DNA from: Blastocatellia bacterium
GTDB taxonomy: Bacteria > Acidobacteriota > Blastocatellia > UBA7656
Direction of reading: 5' to 3'
Assembly (NCBI GenBank): GCA_963728545.1
Contig: CAVSKO010000002.1
Coordinates: forward strand, 4,653,817-4,717,816
Length of the DNA: 64,000 nucleotides
The notes beneath the pieces are model-generated. The model was not told the origin of the DNA, searched no databases, and worked only from the letters and a program-made list of their open reading frames with translations. A program made the translations under genes and the position numbers. This document shows, piece by piece, positions 61,700 to 64,000 of the stretch; positions within the stretch are counted from its first letter, which is position 1; every line of letters begins with the position of its first letter.

Positions 61700-61933
61700 C
61701 ATGTTGATGTTCCCCGTGCAGATTGTGGGTTAGAATTACCCCAACGGCTTTTCCGGGTACAACTATGGCCGATTGGTGAATACCCGCAATTTGACCTTAC
61801 GATGTAAAATGATACTCAAGAACTATGGGAAGTAATAAGGAATTCCGCTTTTTTAGCTTCTGCATTTAGACACTTTGGTTATTTTGTCTAATTCAGAAAT
61901 CTTCAACAAATCTTAATTTTTGTTTTAATAAAG

Positions 61934-62416
61934 CTAACACCCGGCTTGCTTCGCCGCTGCTTCTATCCAAGCCCCAAGATTGTCGCGACCATTGTCATTT
62001 ACCCAATCATAGGTTTTATAGATTGAGGAAAGAAGCTTTCCGTTTATTGATAACTTATCAAACGGATTGGTTCCTTTAAGGTCCGTGCTCCCATCAAACA
62101 AACGACAATTATGGATATAAATTGCAAGCAAGCCATTCCCACATTTCAAGCTTTCATCTATCTCATATTTCACCCACTTTCTTTCTGATGTTTTCGCACC
62201 AACTAAAACCACAGTTACAGATGTGCCTTTTAACTGTTGGGCGATCCAGTTTTTAATTGCCTGGTCTCCGCCTCTTTTTACTTCCTCCCATTTTGCACCG
62301 TCAATAAAGTCAGAAGTTTGAATAGAATTATTCTTTACGACGTTGCTGTTTCTAACTTGCCCTGCTCTGACCGCATCTCTTTGATAGTGAAAACTGAAAA
62401 ACACTTTCCTTGCCAT
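61934..62416 (-). CDS. thsB: Thoeris ThsB, TIR-like (DUF1863-type) protein
   Basis: 160 aa with KVFFSFHYQRD start and TSVTVVLVGAKTSERKWVKYEIDESL, typical of the MTH538/DUF1863 TIR-like family. It starts 1 nt after the thsA stop. Confidence 0.8.
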   Translation of the reverse strand: MARKVFFSFHYQRDAVRAGQVRNSNVVKNNSIQTSDFIDGAKWEEVKRGGDQAIKNWIAQQLKGTSVTVVLVGAKTSERKWVKYEIDESLKCGNGLLAIYIHNCRLFDGSTDLKGTNPFDKLSINGKLLSSIYKTYDWVNDNGRDNLGAWIEAAAKQAGC

Positions 62417-62417
62417 C

Positions 62418-63857
62418 TTATTTGTTCACTCCTTTGATGATTTGGATAATCTTGCTGATTATCTCATCGGTCGCTTGTGCCTTACTGTTGGAAATATCTT
62501 CCAACAGCGGAATTATCTTTGCGTTGTTAGGGTAGCAAGATTTGAGGTCTTTTGACATCTCATCAAAAATCTCTTTTGCCATATAACCTGTCACTGGGAT
62601 AGGCAATGGAATAAGGCCATTTTCCATTGCAATTTCAAATTCTCTTTTGATTCCATTAGCTAAAATTACATTATTATCTTTATCTAATTTGTTGCCAAAG
62701 ATGAATATTGCAATTCCTGCGAGCTTGATCATTCGCTGCCGATATTCTTCCCAAAGCTCTGAGAGTTCTTTTTCTCCTGTCCTATATTGAGGGAATGGTT
62801 TCATTACCAATTGGTCTTCACTAAATTTATTTGGTCGCTCATAAATAGCTTCTAACGCGCCATTTATTACAGCACTACCTACGCCCCAACCAAAGCCGTT
62901 GACTATGCGGAAACCTGAAGCAATTATGCTCTTACTCAGTTTATGGATGAACTCTTGTGCTTCAAGACGACCCCACTCGCCATACTCTTCCGCACTGCCA
63001 GAGATAAAGATAGTTCTTTTTCTAAATCGGGTTTCTATCTCTCTCAAAATTTCAGTAATTTGAGAATAATCGTCAACCAGAAGAGCTTGAATTCCATATC
63101 GCTTCAACTCCCCAATCATTAAATTCTGTTTTCTGGTGTTATAGTCGAGGTCTGCTTGCTCTTCATTTCCCTTCTCTCCCAATTTGGGTTTTTTTATGAA
63201 GCAGTAATGCTGCCGTTTGTGCTCTCGGTATTTTAGATTAATTCTACTCAATACATAATCTAGGTTTGGATCGGTAAAACTGAACCCGATAAAGAGGAAA
63301 GTTTTGGTTGTTAAATCGCCTGTTAGAGCCGAAAGAAAGGCTTCGTGTGACGAGTGGTAACCCTCGAAATCTTCCTTTGTCAAAATAGCTTTAGTCGGTA
63401 GCGAAACATCGCCGTGCATTTTATAAATTACAACGTCTCTTTTAGGCCGAGTGTTGAATATTTGTTCCACTTGGTGCTTAACATCAACCACTTTACGAGC
63501 CTCTTTCAGCGCGTTTTCTATTAAAGTGTCATAGTTTGTCGTCCAGTAGGTTGAGATAGGTAATCTAGCTAAAATGCGGTGATTTTCAGTTAATTCATTT
63601 TCTTCGACAAATTCTTCAATAATCTTCTTACTCAACTTAGCGCGGCTTTTCTCGTTTACGTGAAATTGTGCTAGAGAGATCAAATCAGACTCTTTATCAA
63701 TTGCCAATCCTAGCTCCTCAGCAATGTCAGCAAGCAATTCTTTCCAATCAATATAGCCAGAGGCCTTTGACATCCCTGCACCAGCAAAGATAGCCACATT
63801 GTTTTCAGCCAAATCTTTGACGAAATCTTTTATGAATGCTTCTATCTCTTTATTCAT
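62418..63857 (-). CDS. thsA: Thoeris ThsA, SIR2 (NADase) + SLOG sensor domain
   Basis: 479 aa from the ATG at 63857. SIR2_2 motifs AIFAGAGMS, TTNYD, KMHGD. C-terminal SLOG region RTIFISGSAEEYGEW ... GFGWGVGSAVINGALE. Length and order match type I ThsA. Confidence 0.85.
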   Translation of the reverse strand: MNKEIEAFIKDFVKDLAENNVAIFAGAGMSKASGYIDWKELLADIAEELGLAIDKESDLISLAQFHVNEKSRAKLSKKIIEEFVEENELTENHRILARLPISTYWTTNYDTLIENALKEARKVVDVKHQVEQIFNTRPKRDVVIYKMHGDVSLPTKAILTKEDFEGYHSSHEAFLSALTGDLTTKTFLFIGFSFTDPNLDYVLSRINLKYREHKRQHYCFIKKPKLGEKGNEEQADLDYNTRKQNLMIGELKRYGIQALLVDDYSQITEILREIETRFRKRTIFISGSAEEYGEWGRLEAQEFIHKLSKSIIASGFRIVNGFGWGVGSAVINGALEAIYERPNKFSEDQLVMKPFPQYRTGEKELSELWEEYRQRMIKLAGIAIFIFGNKLDKDNNVILANGIKREFEIAMENGLIPLPIPVTGYMAKEIFDEMSKDLKSCYPNNAKIIPLLEDISNSKAQATDEIISKIIQIIKGVNK

Positions 63858-64000
63858 ACTACTAAAACCAGGAATTATGCCGGGATGATAATAGCAGAAA
63901 ATCACGTATCTGCTAAGAGAACCGACCAATGACAGCGTAGCGAGGCATTTAATAATTTCAAGAATAGTTATTAGACAAAAGAATTGAAGTGTCTAATTCG

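Noticed and set aside
61715-61760. GC-richer patch (ccccgtgcagattgtgggttagaattacccc), considered as a tRNA 3' fragment or att remnant inside the island
   Set aside because: The putative T-arm is imperfect (4/5 stem, non-canonical loop TAGAATT), and no acceptor or anticodon arms can be drawn.

Overview
This is 64 kb of a high-GC bacterial chromosome. My hand counts of single 60-nt lines give about 62% G+C at 18241. The backbone is interrupted by several AT-shifted insertions (about 40% at 7201, 33% at 45601, 35% at 62401, and a patchy 42-58% across 53-55 kb). The gene content fits an Acidobacteriota-like soil bacterium, but that is inference only. It includes many exported peptidases, TonB-C proteins with Gly/Pro linkers, a giant LTD/IPT surface protein and PilT.

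Backbone genes: pilT, an M1 aminopeptidase, lpxA, an HD-GYP/GAF/GGDEF protein, an S8 protease, lepB, carA, a five-gene opp/dpp-type peptide ABC operon, an M24 peptidase, glpX, two TonB-like genes, an ECF sigma/anti-sigma pair, pta, groESL (consensus promoter plus CIRCE operator) and a YbbA/YbbP-type ABC exporter.

Accessory or unusual content:
1. An AT-rich pair of tandem paralogues at 6.5-8.9 kb; one carries an 18-Cys module and an RTX-like Ca-binding domain.
2. Two tandem exported kinase-like paralogues at 26.4-28.3 kb, near an exported CX5R phosphatase.
3. A RAYT (IS200-like Y1 transposase) flanked by perfect 45-bp inverted REP arms at 30.0-30.65 kb.
4. An AT-rich mosaic at 43.7-47.4 kb holding an ISAs1 remnant, a rifampicin-phosphotransferase-like gene and a decayed SDR.
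5. An intact IS4-family element with a 9-bp target duplication, inserted 3 nt upstream of the groESL -35 box.
6. A membrane-anchored TPR-CHAT protease co-transcribed with an unplaceable 259-aa protein at 52.2-56.4 kb. This is my best candidate for an undescribed protease-effector module.
7. An AT-rich integrase island at 59.9-64.0 kb carrying a type I Thoeris defence pair (thsA SIR2-SLOG, thsB TIR-like).

Smaller signals: a family of heptamer-built (GGGATGA) palindromic elements that start right after stop codons; a one-base frameshift in the last blade of a Ycf48-like propeller; a single in-frame TGA splitting the ABC permease; and several short tandem repeats. I recognised no rRNA, tRNA or CRISPR array.
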